Below, piece by piece: positions 46,107 through 54,810 of a stretch of DNA of 64,000 nt. The notes under the pieces are model-generated. The model ran no database searches. It was not told where the DNA came from and saw only the letters and a list, made by a program, of their open reading frames with translations. Source of the DNA: Acinetobacter phage YMC13/03/R2096; sequence record KM672662.1. One strand, given 5' to 3'. Position 1 is the stretch's first letter. Each line of letters starts with the position of its first letter. Position numbers and translations under genes: made by a program.

Positions 46107-48878
46107 TTATTGACAGTTATCACATTCTTCATGTCGCTTAATATCACCAGATCCCCTCATAGAGTAGATGTAATATAAAGCTAAGATACCTGCATTTTCC
46201 AAAGCATATTTGTGAACCTTCATAATATACTCTGGAGTGTCATTACTTGTAAAATACAAGTTGATTGACTGTTGCTGATCAATATATTGTTGTCGTTGTG
46301 CACACAAATCCAAATGTTTGATCATGTCAATCTCAAAGGCAGTTCTAAAGACATCCTTCTCATGCTGAGTCAACCAGTGAACATGTTGTACAGAACCTTT
46401 ATGCTTATTGATGTCATTGATTACGTCTTCATTGTAAACACCACGTTCCTTCATGATCTCTAGAAGGACCTTATTAACCCTCCAGATATCCCCTCCAGCA
46501 CTCTGCTTAACGAACACCATTGCAACATCCAGACCAATACCTTCAGAAGCACCAGCCATAATCTCTGCTGTTGACTTTGTAGGTGGCATCATCATGGTAG
46601 TGGCATTACGGATTCCTAAATGAGCACACCCTTCAGGCATACCAACTTCACGAGCTAGCCACTTAGAAGCAGCTAAGGTTTGGTCTCTCATACCCTTAAA
46701 GATTTCTTCATTTAACCAGAAGCTCTCAAGGCTACCTACCACAATTCTACGTTTTTGTAGTAGTGTGTGGAAACCTAGTACACCTGTACCAACTGCACGG
46801 AATCTCTTGGTGAAGGCTAAGATTTTTCTAAATGCCAAGGCATCCTCTTTATCTTGAGCCATTCTCGTTTCCATGAACTCAATGTAGTCACTCACATTAC
46901 AGTCTTGCATAACATGCGCAATAAATGCTAAGTGAGGACATCTTGATTTCCACTCATCGTATAAGTCAAGGTTCAAGTTTAGAATTACACAAGAGAATGT
47001 ATGCTTCTCATCACTACCAAGTAACACTTCTTGGCAATTCATTGTATTCAAACCATTGAACATCAACATGTTACGTTTTGGCTCAAGTGCACAATATGTA
47101 TCATCAAATCTTCCTTGGTCGATCACTTCATCAACACATACAAATCTTTCAGCAGAACGTTGAGGTTTTCTTTCACTCCATTTTAGGCGGTGTGTTTTTA
47201 AACCTAACTGACTCAACTTAAAGAGACCTGTACTCGATACAAGAAGACGATAAGCATCTTGGCATTCATACAGTCCTTTATCACCTGTACCATTATTGAG
47301 AGGTAATTCTTTTAGACCACCTACATCCCTCAAGACAACCTTTGAAGAAACACCAAGTGTTTGTAACATCAATTGCACATCTTGTAAGAATGTCTTGTGA
47401 ATGCTTACCACTTGGATAGATTCATTTTCACCATTACGAGCAATAGTTCCATCTGAATCTAGGAGTCCAGCAAACCATTCCAATCGGCTTTCAACAGTGT
47501 ACTCAGATGTTGGTACAAAGAATTTATCCTTAAGCCCTTCACTGTGAGTAAGCTTAATACGATCACCACCTTGAAGTCCTGACACTGAAGAAACGCAAGT
47601 TATATTTTCAAGTAACTCCTTCTTCTTACCATACAAGTATGTGTGTTTTTTACCTTTGTATTCAAAACCATCACCAGTGAAGAATCCATTAGTGTAAGCA
47701 TGTCCGAGGGTCTTGTCACCTAAAATAACTGGTAGATCAAATTTAGATAGTCGATCACCAGACTTCAACTCGTAGGCACGTTTAATGACCTCATTGCCAT
47801 CCTCACCAACAACCTTAAAGCGGTGATACTCTGTGCAATCTAATTCATACCCTGAATCAGTTACCACTTTAACTAACTTCTGATTTTCACCAGTTTTGAT
47901 AATTGTCACTTCAGACCATTCAAAACCATTCCACACCTCGACCTGTTGTCCCTCAAGGTCAGAAATCGTTTGATATCCACCTTTAGTTAAGATTAATGTC
48001 TCAGGTGCAACACACAAATTAGAAGCTTTCGCTGTCATACCTGCATCTTTAAATGCCTGAGCTAAGTGGCGGTTCATTTCATCAATCTTAGTGAAGTAAC
48101 CCTTACCACGCTGCATCTTGATAGCAATAGCTTTAGCTAATAGGGCAACTGCTTCTGGGTCATCCTTGACTAACTTCTCAATGTACTCGTCCTTACATAA
48201 CCATGCTGGGTTATTACTTTCAGGTCGTTTGAATAGGTACTTTAAAACTTCCTCAAACTCAGGATGTTCAATACTAACAGCATAAGATAAACTACCTCTA
48301 CGGCTACCTTGAACAACCTCATCCATACAATTAATCAAGTCACGAATGACAGGCATCACCCCACCACCATAACCACCTCTAGGCAGTTTCTTACCTTTAT
48401 AGGCCCAGTCATCAACTGAGTAAGATGTACCATGCGAGTGCTTAGTCAAGATACCTGCTTCAGTCACACAATCGTAACGAGAGAACAAGTTGTCACCAAC
48501 ATAACCACCAGCACAACTTACTGTTGACCCCCTTTCAGGTAAACCACTGTTCGCCAATAAAGGAGTTGAACAAGACACATAACCATCCCAAAGTACGTCA
48601 AAAAACACTTCCTCCCAAGTTTTACCAGCCGTATAAGTATCCACATTCCACCAAGAAGGGTACTTATCTGGTGCATGTTTAGCTAAAGTCTTAGCAATCA
48701 TTTTATAGCGAGATTTTACAGTCTCACCATTCCAAGAATATTTTTCAAAGAACAATTGAGTACCACCAGTGGTAAACCATTTAGGGATCTCTCCATGTTC
48801 TTGTAGTTTTTTTCTGAGTTGACTGTAACTATCAACCCCGTATAATTCCAATGTTTCTAAATAAGATAAAACAGCCAC
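46107..48878 (-). CDS. nrdA: ribonucleotide reductase large subunit (class I NrdA/NrdE-like) containing an intein
   Basis: N-terminal ATP-cone-like region. The active-site motif ASNLC is interrupted after the Cys and resumes as CQEVLL. The C-terminus carries the CxxC tail ECDNCQ. Confidence 0.85.
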   Translation of the reverse strand: MAVLSYLETLELYGVDSYSQLRKKLQEHGEIPKWFTTGGTQLFFEKYSWNGETVKSRYKMIAKTLAKHAPDKYPSWWNVDTYTAGKTWEEVFFDVLWDGYVSCSTPLLANSGLPERGSTVSCAGGYVGDNLFSRYDCVTEAGILTKHSHGTSYSVDDWAYKGKKLPRGGYGGGVMPVIRDLINCMDEVVQGSRRGSLSYAVSIEHPEFEEVLKYLFKRPESNNPAWLCKDEYIEKLVKDDPEAVALLAKAIAIKMQRGKGYFTKIDEMNRHLAQAFKDAGMTAKASNLCVAPETLILTKGGYQTISDLEGQQVEVWNGFEWSEVTIIKTGENQKLVKVVTDSGYELDCTEYHRFKVVGEDGNEVIKRAYELKSGDRLSKFDLPVILGDKTLGHAYTNGFFTGDGFEYKGKKHTYLYGKKKELLENITCVSSVSGLQGGDRIKLTHSEGLKDKFFVPTSEYTVESRLEWFAGLLDSDGTIARNGENESIQVVSIHKTFLQDVQLMLQTLGVSSKVVLRDVGGLKELPLNNGTGDKGLYECQDAYRLLVSSTGLFKLSQLGLKTHRLKWSERKPQRSAERFVCVDEVIDQGRFDDTYCALEPKRNMLMFNGLNTMNCQEVLLGSDEKHTFSCVILNLNLDLYDEWKSRCPHLAFIAHVMQDCNVSDYIEFMETRMAQDKEDALAFRKILAFTKRFRAVGTGVLGFHTLLQKRRIVVGSLESFWLNEEIFKGMRDQTLAASKWLAREVGMPEGCAHLGIRNATTMMMPPTKSTAEIMAGASEGIGLDVAMVFVKQSAGGDIWRVNKVLLEIMKERGVYNEDVINDINKHKGSVQHVHWLTQHEKDVFRTAFEIDMIKHLDLCAQRQQYIDQQQSINLYFTSNDTPEYIMKVHKYALENAGILALYYIYSMRGSGDIKRHEECDNCQ
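47037..48014 (-). other. intein (326 aa) with LAGLIDADG homing-endonuclease domain inside nrdA
   Basis: Starts with Cys289 (CVAPETLILT). Two dodecapeptide motifs: YTNGFFTGDGF and EWFAGLLDSDGT. Ends ..LMFNGLNTMN, with Cys as the +1 residue. The joined extein reads ASNL-CQEVLL. Confidence 0.75.
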
Positions 48879-48888
48879 AAATACCTCC

Positions 48889-49395
48889 TTACTTACTTCC
48901 TTGTAATCCTTTATTATCTTCTGAATCTTCCATGATCAGATTCAAGAGTTCTTCTTGTTCCTCTTGTTCTTTCTTCCTCATATTATTCCAAGCTTCTACA
49001 AACATAGCCTCAGACCAGTTACTTTCATACTCTCGGTTTTGACCCTTAGTGAAGAAATCTGGCATCTGGTAACCGTATGTATTTAAGTTAAACATCTTAG
49101 CCACTTTAGAATCCTTCTGAGTAACTTGGAACTCTTTAGGGATTTTATCTACAGGAACCTGCAAACGAGTCAAGAAAGTAAAGATTCGGAAGCGCACAAA
49201 ATCAATGTACTCGGCTGTTGTATACCCATTGAGTGAACCTGAAGGGATTGCCATATCAATGATTCGCTTCTCATGCTCTAACACGTAGTGGCAAGCTTGT
49301 AGTAACTTTCCAAACATTTCTTCATGCTCATGTAGAGGTTTTCCTACTTCATGGAAATAGGTGTTAAAATGTTCTGCGGCGTAAATTCCATGCAA
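48889..49395 (-). CDS. nrdB: ribonucleotide reductase small subunit, exon 2
   Basis: LHGIYAAEHFNTYFHEV...GSLNGYTTAEYIDFVRFRIFTFLTRLQVP aligns with the C-terminal half of R2. It supplies H241-equivalent and the acidic C-terminus. The exon starts after omega-G of ..CCCATG. Confidence 0.65.
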   Translation of the reverse strand: MHGIYAAEHFNTYFHEVGKPLHEHEEMFGKLLQACHYVLEHEKRIIDMAIPSGSLNGYTTAEYIDFVRFRIFTFLTRLQVPVDKIPKEFQVTQKDSKVAKMFNLNTYGYQMPDFFTKGQNREYESNWSEAMFVEAWNNMRKKEQEEQEELLNLIMEDSEDNKGLQGSK

Positions 49396-50251
49396 CATGG
49401 GTTGTTCAGGTGTGCTCGTTACACACACCCCGTAGAGTACTTCACCACTCAAGTACTCACAGCTTACACTTTCATGTAAGATCAGACTATATCATCACCA
49501 CAAGGTTTTACTTGTTGTGGTGCTTCCCACTTCGGTCTTACTTAAGACCTACTCCCCGAAGGGATAGTCGTTGAGGATTCTAAACCTAATTCCAACCACA
49601 AAGCTTTCCAACGTTTTTTATGCCTAATTAACGAAACATATCTACTGTGTATTCCAAAAACTCTAGAGATCTGTTTGTTAGTAAAACCTGCTAAGCACAT
49701 ACGAATAACCTTTTCAGCATCATCCTTTGTCAGTTTAACAGTCGAGTTCCTATATCTAGCACCACTTAACGAGACATTTTTATTGGGATTTTCCCAAAAA
49801 TTACGATAGTGGTGATGCACATTATCCTCTTGTTTTACAACCTCTAAATTTTCTATACAATTGTTTAGCTTGTTAGCATCAATATGATTTATTACAAATC
49901 CCTTTGGTATAACACCTTTGATGCACTCCCAAACGAATCTGTGACCATTTTCAGTCACACCATTGAATTCATATTGCCGATAACCTGTAGTTGATAAACA
50001 GCCTCTCATAAGCTGTCCTCTCTTTCCATACACATTTCCAAATACATCGCAACTGTATCCAGAAAATTTTGGATGTTTAAATTTTTCCATAATTACCTCC
50101 ATAATAAGAGGTTGGAATTAGGTTTAGCTTTCCTGCTGATTGCCCAATACTTTAGATTTTTACTCAGTGTTTAAATTTTTCAACACTTCAGTACTAAAGT
50201 CTCTAAGGGGTTTCCAGCATTTCAAGAAGTTTATTGAGGACTTGCAAATTA
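49396..50251 (-). ncRNA. group I intron in nrdB (about 856 nt) carrying an HNH homing endonuclease ORF
   Basis: On the - strand it begins TAATTTGC.. right after exon codon GAT. It contains GAAATGCTGGAAACCCCTTAGAG and GGGCAATCAGCAGG. After the ORF come CAACGACTAT (R), GATGATATAGTCTGATCTTACATG (S) and 3' hairpins. Confidence 0.65.
49542..50102 (-). CDS. intron-encoded HNH homing endonuclease
   Basis: 186 aa. Contains ..GYRQYEFNGVTENGHRFVWECIKGVIPKGFVINHIDANKLNNCIENL, an HNH motif with N and H residues, plus a C-terminal helix-turn-helix-like region. It lies between intron core elements. Confidence 0.7.
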   Translation of the reverse strand: MEVIMEKFKHPKFSGYSCDVFGNVYGKRGQLMRGCLSTTGYRQYEFNGVTENGHRFVWECIKGVIPKGFVINHIDANKLNNCIENLEVVKQEDNVHHHYRNFWENPNKNVSLSGARYRNSTVKLTKDDAEKVIRMCLAGFTNKQISRVFGIHSRYVSLIRHKKRWKALWLELGLESSTTIPSGSRS

Positions 50252-51016
50252 ATCCTCATCTAGTGCACTCTGATTAGCAATTTGGGCAATAACTTTAATT
50301 AAGTTAAAACCGTTTGTCTGGAAGCTCTTAAGGATAGCAAAGCTAGAGAATAACAAAGCTGTCTCTGTTAAAGAGAAGCACAAGCATGCAAGCATCTTGT
50401 TTTCATCTCGCATTAACCCATCTAACCATTCCATACGTTCATTGAGCACAGGGTCATCAATGTATGATGTGTAGTAATCATCGGTATCTAGTCCAAGTAC
50501 AATGTTAATCTCATTGTATGTTCGTGCATGGACCATCAACTCAATCATTGCTAAGGCAGAAGCACCAGCACGGGATTCATGTCGAGGGAATACTTTAATG
50601 AATAATCCATTCCAGAATTCATCACCAACAATTAATTCATACTGTAAGAATAAGTGTAGAACTGTTTTTACTGCATGTAGTTGCTCTTTAGTTAGCACAT
50701 ACTCAAGTTCCATCTGGTCATTCTTGACTTCCATTTCACTCTTAAACCACATCTGCTCTTCAAGCTGCTGGTCAGCAATCTCAAGAATCTTTGGGTACTT
50801 AATCTCATAGCCACTATTGGGTGATGTAATACGGGTTTGCACTAACCCAGTTTTCTCTGAATTTAGTGTTTTGTTTATTGTCACATAAACGAATTTCCCT
50901 TCAGGGTTTTTCTCATCCTTGACATTGATGATTACCTTTCCAGTTGGTGGTGGTAAAAATCCAATCTTCTCAACCTGACCTTCGGTTAAATCTACCTCAA
51001 TATTAATTTTAGACAT
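50252..51016 (-). CDS. nrdB: ribonucleotide reductase small subunit, exon 1
   Basis: VGDEFW.., ALAMIELMVHARTY (E115/H118 equivalents), SLTETALLF (E204 equivalent) and ..SALDED. Splicing to exon 2 recreates DED-LH (the E238-x-x-H241 pattern). About 100 aa of the N-terminus is non-homologous. Confidence 0.65.
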
Positions 51017-51042
51017 CTTAACTCCTTTTAATTTATAAAATT

Positions 51043-51066
51043 ATAAATCATAAACTCCATGTAAAA
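51043..51066 (-). terminator. hairpin terminator (GGCCAC-TCAATG-GTGGCC) between upstream gene and nrdB
   Basis: Perfect 6-bp GC stem. A T-rich tract follows on the - strand. Confidence 0.45.
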
Positions 51067-51095
51067 GTAAGGCCACTCAATGGTGGCCCCTTCTG

Positions 51096-51572
51096 TTATT
51101 TACGTTTAATTCTTGCACTGGTAATTCGAGGTTTGTCTGAAGAGCGATGATACTCAATTTCAAAACCCAAATCATTTAAGATGTCTGAAAATTCACGAGA
51201 GGTTAAATTGGAGTCAAACAATGGTACATCCTCACCATAATTCTTGACAACTTTAATACCTTGAATTTCCTTACGAGATACCTTTTCCAAGATTTCTTCA
51301 CAAAATAACTTAGCGAATAAGTCACACAGTGTTTGTACTGCTGGTCGTTTCTCTGGGGTTCGAAAACCGTTCTGGTCCTCTAATGAGTGCCAACCCCACC
51401 AACGACCTTCACCAATGTCAGTCTGTGCAAATAAACTTCGAGTATTTCTTTTGTGATCCTGATAATGCCCAAGTCGAACAATAAAGTTATCTAGAGTATT
51501 CCCTGTCATGTCTACATAATTAGGACGTTTGGTAGGGTCTTTCTCTTGGACTTGGTTTACTGTTTCAATCAT
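51096..51572 (-). CDS. hypothetical protein
   Basis: 158 aa. First gene of the leftward nrd operon. Confidence 0.5.
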   Translation of the reverse strand: MIETVNQVQEKDPTKRPNYVDMTGNTLDNFIVRLGHYQDHKRNTRSLFAQTDIGEGRWWGWHSLEDQNGFRTPEKRPAVQTLCDLFAKLFCEEILEKVSRKEIQGIKVVKNYGEDVPLFDSNLTSREFSDILNDLGFEIEYHRSSDKPRITSARIKRK

Positions 51573-51970
51573 ATAGTCTCCTTATGAATTGTTTACATAA
51601 TATGTAGGGATGATTTCTGGCACCACTACAAGTTGCAGGTATTGTAGTATGAATTAAATTTATAAAACACCCCACACCTTTAGAAATTCTTAAAAGTTTA
51701 CCTTGTTTGGTTGTTTGTTATACACAACACAAAGTTAAGGTATCCTCTTGATAAAACTTTTAGAGAATAAAAAAGGGCACCACCTTGAAGTAGTGCCCTA
51801 AAAGTTACCCTAGGAAATATTACTATAATAACCCCTGAGGCAAATTTTTTAAGTTTCCCTTATATTTATAGTACCCCAAAAAGCAATTTTGTCAATATGT
51901 AAACCACAAATATACTGATTGGAAATTTCGATTAAAAATTAAATATTAGTAAATTCTGTAAAAAATACAT

Positions 51971-52053
51971 CAGACTGATTTGATCAAATGCATTTTTTAA
52001 AAGTGAACATAACCAGTTCAAAATGGTTTTAACCAGACCGATTTGATCATATG
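51971..52053. repeat. direct repeat CAGAC(T/C)GATTTGATCA(A/T)ATG x2 containing TGATCA palindromes, plus AACCAG repeats
   Basis: Copies at 51971-51990 and 52034-52053. They sit in a 560-bp AT-rich intergenic region with divergent promoters. Confidence 0.45.
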
Positions 52054-52100
52054 TTCTAATAAGGTAATAAATAGGGTTTTAAATATGTTTCTTTTTTAAG

Positions 52101-52127
52101 TTGACAGAGAAAAAAATTTTTTATAAA
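52101..52127 (+). promoter_or_regulatory. promoter (TTGACA, 15-nt spacer, TATAAA)
   Basis: Upstream of 52177. Confidence 0.4.
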
Positions 52128-52176
52128 GTTATCCACATCCAAAGATGGTTGATTGGTATAAGTAAGGAGAATTTTC

Positions 52177-52911
52177 ATGTTTAAAGGTTTTTTAACAGAT
52201 GTGGCAAAAGAAGCTGGTGTTGGTCCTGCAATTCTTTTAAATCAGTTGCACCAATGGGTTAAGTCTACTGGAAACCAGAAGATTTATAGATCAAACGCCC
52301 AACTACATGAAGACCTTGATGGAGTTCTTTCAGTAGCAGCTATTCAACGTCATAAGGTAAAACTTATCGAATGTGGATACATTATCGTTTCTCACGATAA
52401 AGGAACTATTCGTACTACTACTTACCAATTAACTGAGAAGGCTTTGAAATCTTTAGGTGCTTTCTTTGACAAAGCTAAAGACAAAGTTAAACAAGCCTTC
52501 CAACCTAAGAAGCCTAAAGAAAATAAACAACCTAAACAACAAGTTCCAGCACAACTTAAAGAGGAACCAGTAAAGCAAAGCACTGAGAAACCAACCTCTA
52601 TGGAAGAAGAGTTTAAGAAAGCTGGTCAAGAACGTAAGGACCGCCCTAGAGGTTGCCCTAAAGAACTTCTTAAAGGTATCTTTATGGGTGCTAAGAAAGA
52701 AGAGGAAAAACAAGAAGATGTTGTTTATGAAGACAATTCTGAAGAACTCTTTGGAAATAAATTTGAAGATCAAGACTTGAGTGATGAAGAGATCTTTGAT
52801 AAAATGAGTAAAACTCTTGGTGGTTTATTTAAGACTATCCCTAATGTGGATAAAAGAAATTCAAACCTTCAATCTATGACTAACTTTGGTAACTTCAGAG
52901 AAGAGTACTAA
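52177..52911 (+). CDS. hypothetical K/E-rich protein (possible DNA-binding or replication organiser)
   Basis: 244 aa. Strong RBS AAGGAGA. Confidence 0.5.
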   Translation: MFKGFLTDVAKEAGVGPAILLNQLHQWVKSTGNQKIYRSNAQLHEDLDGVLSVAAIQRHKVKLIECGYIIVSHDKGTIRTTTYQLTEKALKSLGAFFDKAKDKVKQAFQPKKPKENKQPKQQVPAQLKEEPVKQSTEKPTSMEEEFKKAGQERKDRPRGCPKELLKGIFMGAKKEEEKQEDVVYEDNSEELFGNKFEDQDLSDEEIFDKMSKTLGGLFKTIPNVDKRNSNLQSMTNFGNFREEY

Positions 52912-52937
52912 GGCTTGTTGATTAATAATCGGAGAAA

Positions 52938-53567
52938 TTGATAATGACTAAACATAAAATCGGAAAACCTGATTTCTGTCAGAATTATCCTGAATTAAAT
53001 AAAGCTTTTGATGAAGAGCTTCAGAGTCTATGCCGTGAAGAAGACGAAAAGACTGTGAACATTAGGAAAGCTTTCGAAAATTTCAAACCATTCCTAACAC
53101 AAGCTATTTATGGGACCACTGAGTGTGTAGACCCTAGAGTCCGTGTGTTGGCACAGGCTGGATATGGTTTTGGTACTAAGAATTGGCGTTTTTATTATGA
53201 AGATATTTTAGAAAATGCTCTTGAGTATGCCAGTGAAAAACTGAGTGCTGATGAGTATGAAGATGTTCGTGCAATGAAGGAAACTTTCTTAGGTGAGGAC
53301 TTGATAGAGCAGCACTGTCAAGATATGCTAAGAGAATTTTACGGATATGATTACAAAGTTTATTGTTCAGAGTTTTACCGCTACTTTATACGAGATATGA
53401 GTTTAGTTGAAGAGGCTTATTTCTTTACTTTTGCAAATGTTGCTGGTTGGGGTGTTTGGTTTATTGTTAAATTACTTATTGGTATTCCTTGGGCAATTCT
53501 AGTTTTTGTACTTTATGTAGTTTTTGGAGGCTTGGAAAGAATTTATAATATTATTTTTAAAAAGTAG
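52938..53567 (+). CDS. hypothetical protein with C-terminal TM helices
   Basis: 209 aa. Confidence 0.5.
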   Translation: MIMTKHKIGKPDFCQNYPELNKAFDEELQSLCREEDEKTVNIRKAFENFKPFLTQAIYGTTECVDPRVRVLAQAGYGFGTKNWRFYYEDILENALEYASEKLSADEYEDVRAMKETFLGEDLIEQHCQDMLREFYGYDYKVYCSEFYRYFIRDMSLVEEAYFFTFANVAGWGVWFIVKLLIGIPWAILVFVLYVVFGGLERIYNIIFKK

Positions 53568-53596
53568 TTGACATTGTTTTCTACCTTATCTAATAT
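53568..53596 (+). promoter_or_regulatory. promoter with conserved AAAGTAGTTGACAT motif (TTGACA, 17-nt spacer, TAATAT)
   Basis: Near-consensus elements. The motif is shared with the promoters at 59398 and 61258. Confidence 0.55.
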
Positions 53597-53658
53597 ACAC
53601 ACATCAGGTAGAGATACCTACCTAATTAATAAACAAGATATCCTAAGAGGAAACTTAA

Positions 53659-54150
53659 ATGAAAGCGATTGTTAGTTCATCTTTAAAAGCACAAGAAGTT
53701 CGTTCTAAGCGTGAAAACTTAGAGTTTAAATCAAATGGGACTAAGTTGTATCGTTCACTTGAAAAAATGTTTAAGGTTCGTGATGCACTTGCTGATGCTA
53801 AAGCAACTATTGCTGAAGTAACTGGTGAGAAATACATGATCGTTACAGCCGATGAAGCGATCCGTATTTATGAAAATAACAAATCATCATTTACAAGTTT
53901 TACTTTTGTCAAAATTTCTGATTGCACATTGCGTACAATTTCTACTCGACAAACTGATATTGGTGTGTCTGGCACTGCTTGTCCAAGTAAAAACAAAGAT
54001 CAATATAATGTCTTTGATACAAATTTGGCTAAGAAAATGATCAAAGAAGGTCGTAAAGAAGAAGTTGAAAGTGGTGGTGCATGGCGTTCATTTAACAAGA
54101 AATCACTTGTTAGTATGCGACACAATGGTACAACTTATTTGATTGCTTGA
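53659..54150 (+). CDS. hypothetical protein
   Basis: 163 aa. RBS AGAGGAAAC. Confidence 0.5.
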   Translation: MKAIVSSSLKAQEVRSKRENLEFKSNGTKLYRSLEKMFKVRDALADAKATIAEVTGEKYMIVTADEAIRIYENNKSSFTSFTFVKISDCTLRTISTRQTDIGVSGTACPSKNKDQYNVFDTNLAKKMIKEGRKEEVESGGAWRSFNKKSLVSMRHNGTTYLIA

Positions 54151-54157
54151 GGTATTT

Positions 54158-54427
54158 ATGGACTATTCAAACACTAAGTTTCAACTTGCAAAAGAAATAG
54201 TGCAAAAATTTAACCTGAATGGTAAAGATTCCGTATTTGTTTGTAACTCAATACAGAAACATATGGATTTGTATTTTTCAGAAATGCCACAAGTAAAGAA
54301 GTTTTCAAGTATGACTGGTTGTCAAGATGTTAGGCAAGCAGTTTATTGCTTAGATATGCACTCTTGGAATACTGGAATGGCCGTAAAATACTTTCAGGAG
54401 AATGCTGTAAAGGTAAATTTACAATAG
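54158..54427 (+). CDS. hypothetical protein
   Basis: ATG at 54158 lies after GAGG. The track ORF starts at 54143. Confidence 0.4.
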   Translation: MDYSNTKFQLAKEIVQKFNLNGKDSVFVCNSIQKHMDLYFSEMPQVKKFSSMTGCQDVRQAVYCLDMHSWNTGMAVKYFQENAVKVNLQ

Positions 54428-54497
54428 TAATTAAAACTTATAAATTAATTTAACAAGAGTCATCCAATAGGGTGCTCTTGTTTTTCGTCTTTATAAA

Positions 54498-54797
54498 ATG
54501 GAGAAAAAGATGGTATTTGAAATTGGAATTCTTAGAGAAGCTTTGCAAGGTATCAGGAAGGCAAAAATGAAAGTGAGACTTGACCCGTATATTGGCGAGG
54601 AAGAGTGCATCGAAATTCTTGAGGAACTTAATCTTGCAGAGATGGTGCACATGTCTCTCATTGCAACAATGTATGAGCAGCAACAAGTTGTGTCTGGAAA
54701 AGGAATTATAAAAGGGACTAAGACACCAAAAGAAATTTTAGATCAACTTCGAGAGAAATCACCAGAGGATTCTAAAGTAATTTTACCAGATAATTAA
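54498..54797 (+). CDS. hypothetical protein
   Basis: 99 aa. Confidence 0.45.
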   Translation: MEKKMVFEIGILREALQGIRKAKMKVRLDPYIGEEECIEILEELNLAEMVHMSLIATMYEQQQVVSGKGIIKGTKTPKEILDQLREKSPEDSKVILPDN

Positions 54798-54810
54798 AAG
54801 GAGGAAAACT

